This document shows, one piece after another, positions 5,863 through 6,260 of a stretch of 6,260 bases of DNA. Below the pieces are notes generated by a model. It saw nothing but the letters and a program-made list of their open reading frames with translations, searched no databases and was not told the origin of the DNA. Position 1 is the first letter of the stretch, and each line of letters begins with the position of its first letter. Source of the DNA: a virus (lineage: Duplodnaviria; Heunggongvirae; Uroviricota; Caudoviricetes); IMG/VR virus record IMGVR_UViG_2737471848_000012; one strand, 5' to 3'. Both the position numbers and the translations under genes were made by a program.

Positions 5863-6260
5863 ATGACCACTTTTACAAAAGAGCAGTTAATCAGTCATGT
5901 TAGTGAAAATGTAAAGGCGATGAAATTTGCAGTAAAACAGACAGTATTCAAAAATTCTCTCGAGGCAATTGAGTTGGATTTAGCACTGGCCCTTGTTGCT
6001 CAGGCTTCGCTGGAAGCAGAGCCCGTGCTTTATATGAATCGATTTACCGGAAAGACATTCTCACTGGAAGAGCAACCCGGTGCTGATAAGGAACCGGAAA
6101 TATACGTGCCGCTATATGCTGCCCCGCCAGACAGCGCCGCCATGCTTCAGGCTGGAAACTTTCGGGAAAATAAGGGTTCGTCAACCAATAATTTTCGGGA
6201 AATCTCGGAAACGTCAACCAACTATCCGGTAACTCCGGATGGTTGGATAAGCTGTAGTGA
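5863..6260 (+). CDS. Hypothetical prophage protein, 5' portion (at least 132 aa, open to the window end)
   Basis: ATG at 5863 with RBS AAGGAGAA (5851-5858). Hand translation MTTFTKEQLISHVSENVKAMKFAVKQTVFK... has no stop to the window edge. Absent from the ORF track because it is unterminated. Confidence 0.5.
   Translation, partial: MTTFTKEQLISHVSENVKAMKFAVKQTVFKNSLEAIELDLALALVAQASLEAEPVLYMNRFTGKTFSLEEQPGADKEPEIYVPLYAAPPDSAAMLQAGNFRENKGSSTNNFREISETSTNYPVTPDGWISCS

Noticed and set aside
1-6260. CRISPR array, tRNA or rRNA
   Set aside because: No regularly spaced direct repeats of CRISPR type and no tRNA-like or rRNA-like sequence noticed; the only tandem repeats are the intragenic iterons.

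Overview
This window reads as the early/immunity region of a mosaic lambdoid (Rac/Qin-type) cryptic prophage from an E. coli-like genome, with its left arm cut by an IS3-family element. Left to right: (1) the terminal 136 bp of an IS3-family (IS629/IS1203-like) element with the 5' end of its orfA transposase; (2) a roughly 165 bp remnant carrying a 15-bp inverted repeat; (3) a DicF sRNA gene on the minus strand, with no dicB after it; (4) a leftward operon of three small proteins of 72, 42 and 51 aa (YdfC/YdfB/YdfA-like); (5) a RacR-like repressor flanked by a 21-bp inverted repeat and palindromic operators overlapping near-consensus divergent promoters; (6) the rightward operon ydaS-like (Cro-like), ydaT-like, a ydaU-like replication initiator containing an iteron array (candidate origin), and a ydaV-like DnaC-type helicase loader; (7) three further ORFs of unknown function, the last running off the window. 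No CRISPR array, tRNA or rRNA was seen. Family and gene names are from recollection of E. coli K-12 prophage genes and motifs visible in the sequence; no database search was run. I did not find a convincing wholly undescribed system; the most unusual points are the DicF gene retained without dicB next to an IS boundary, the operator architecture around racR, and the intragenic origin.
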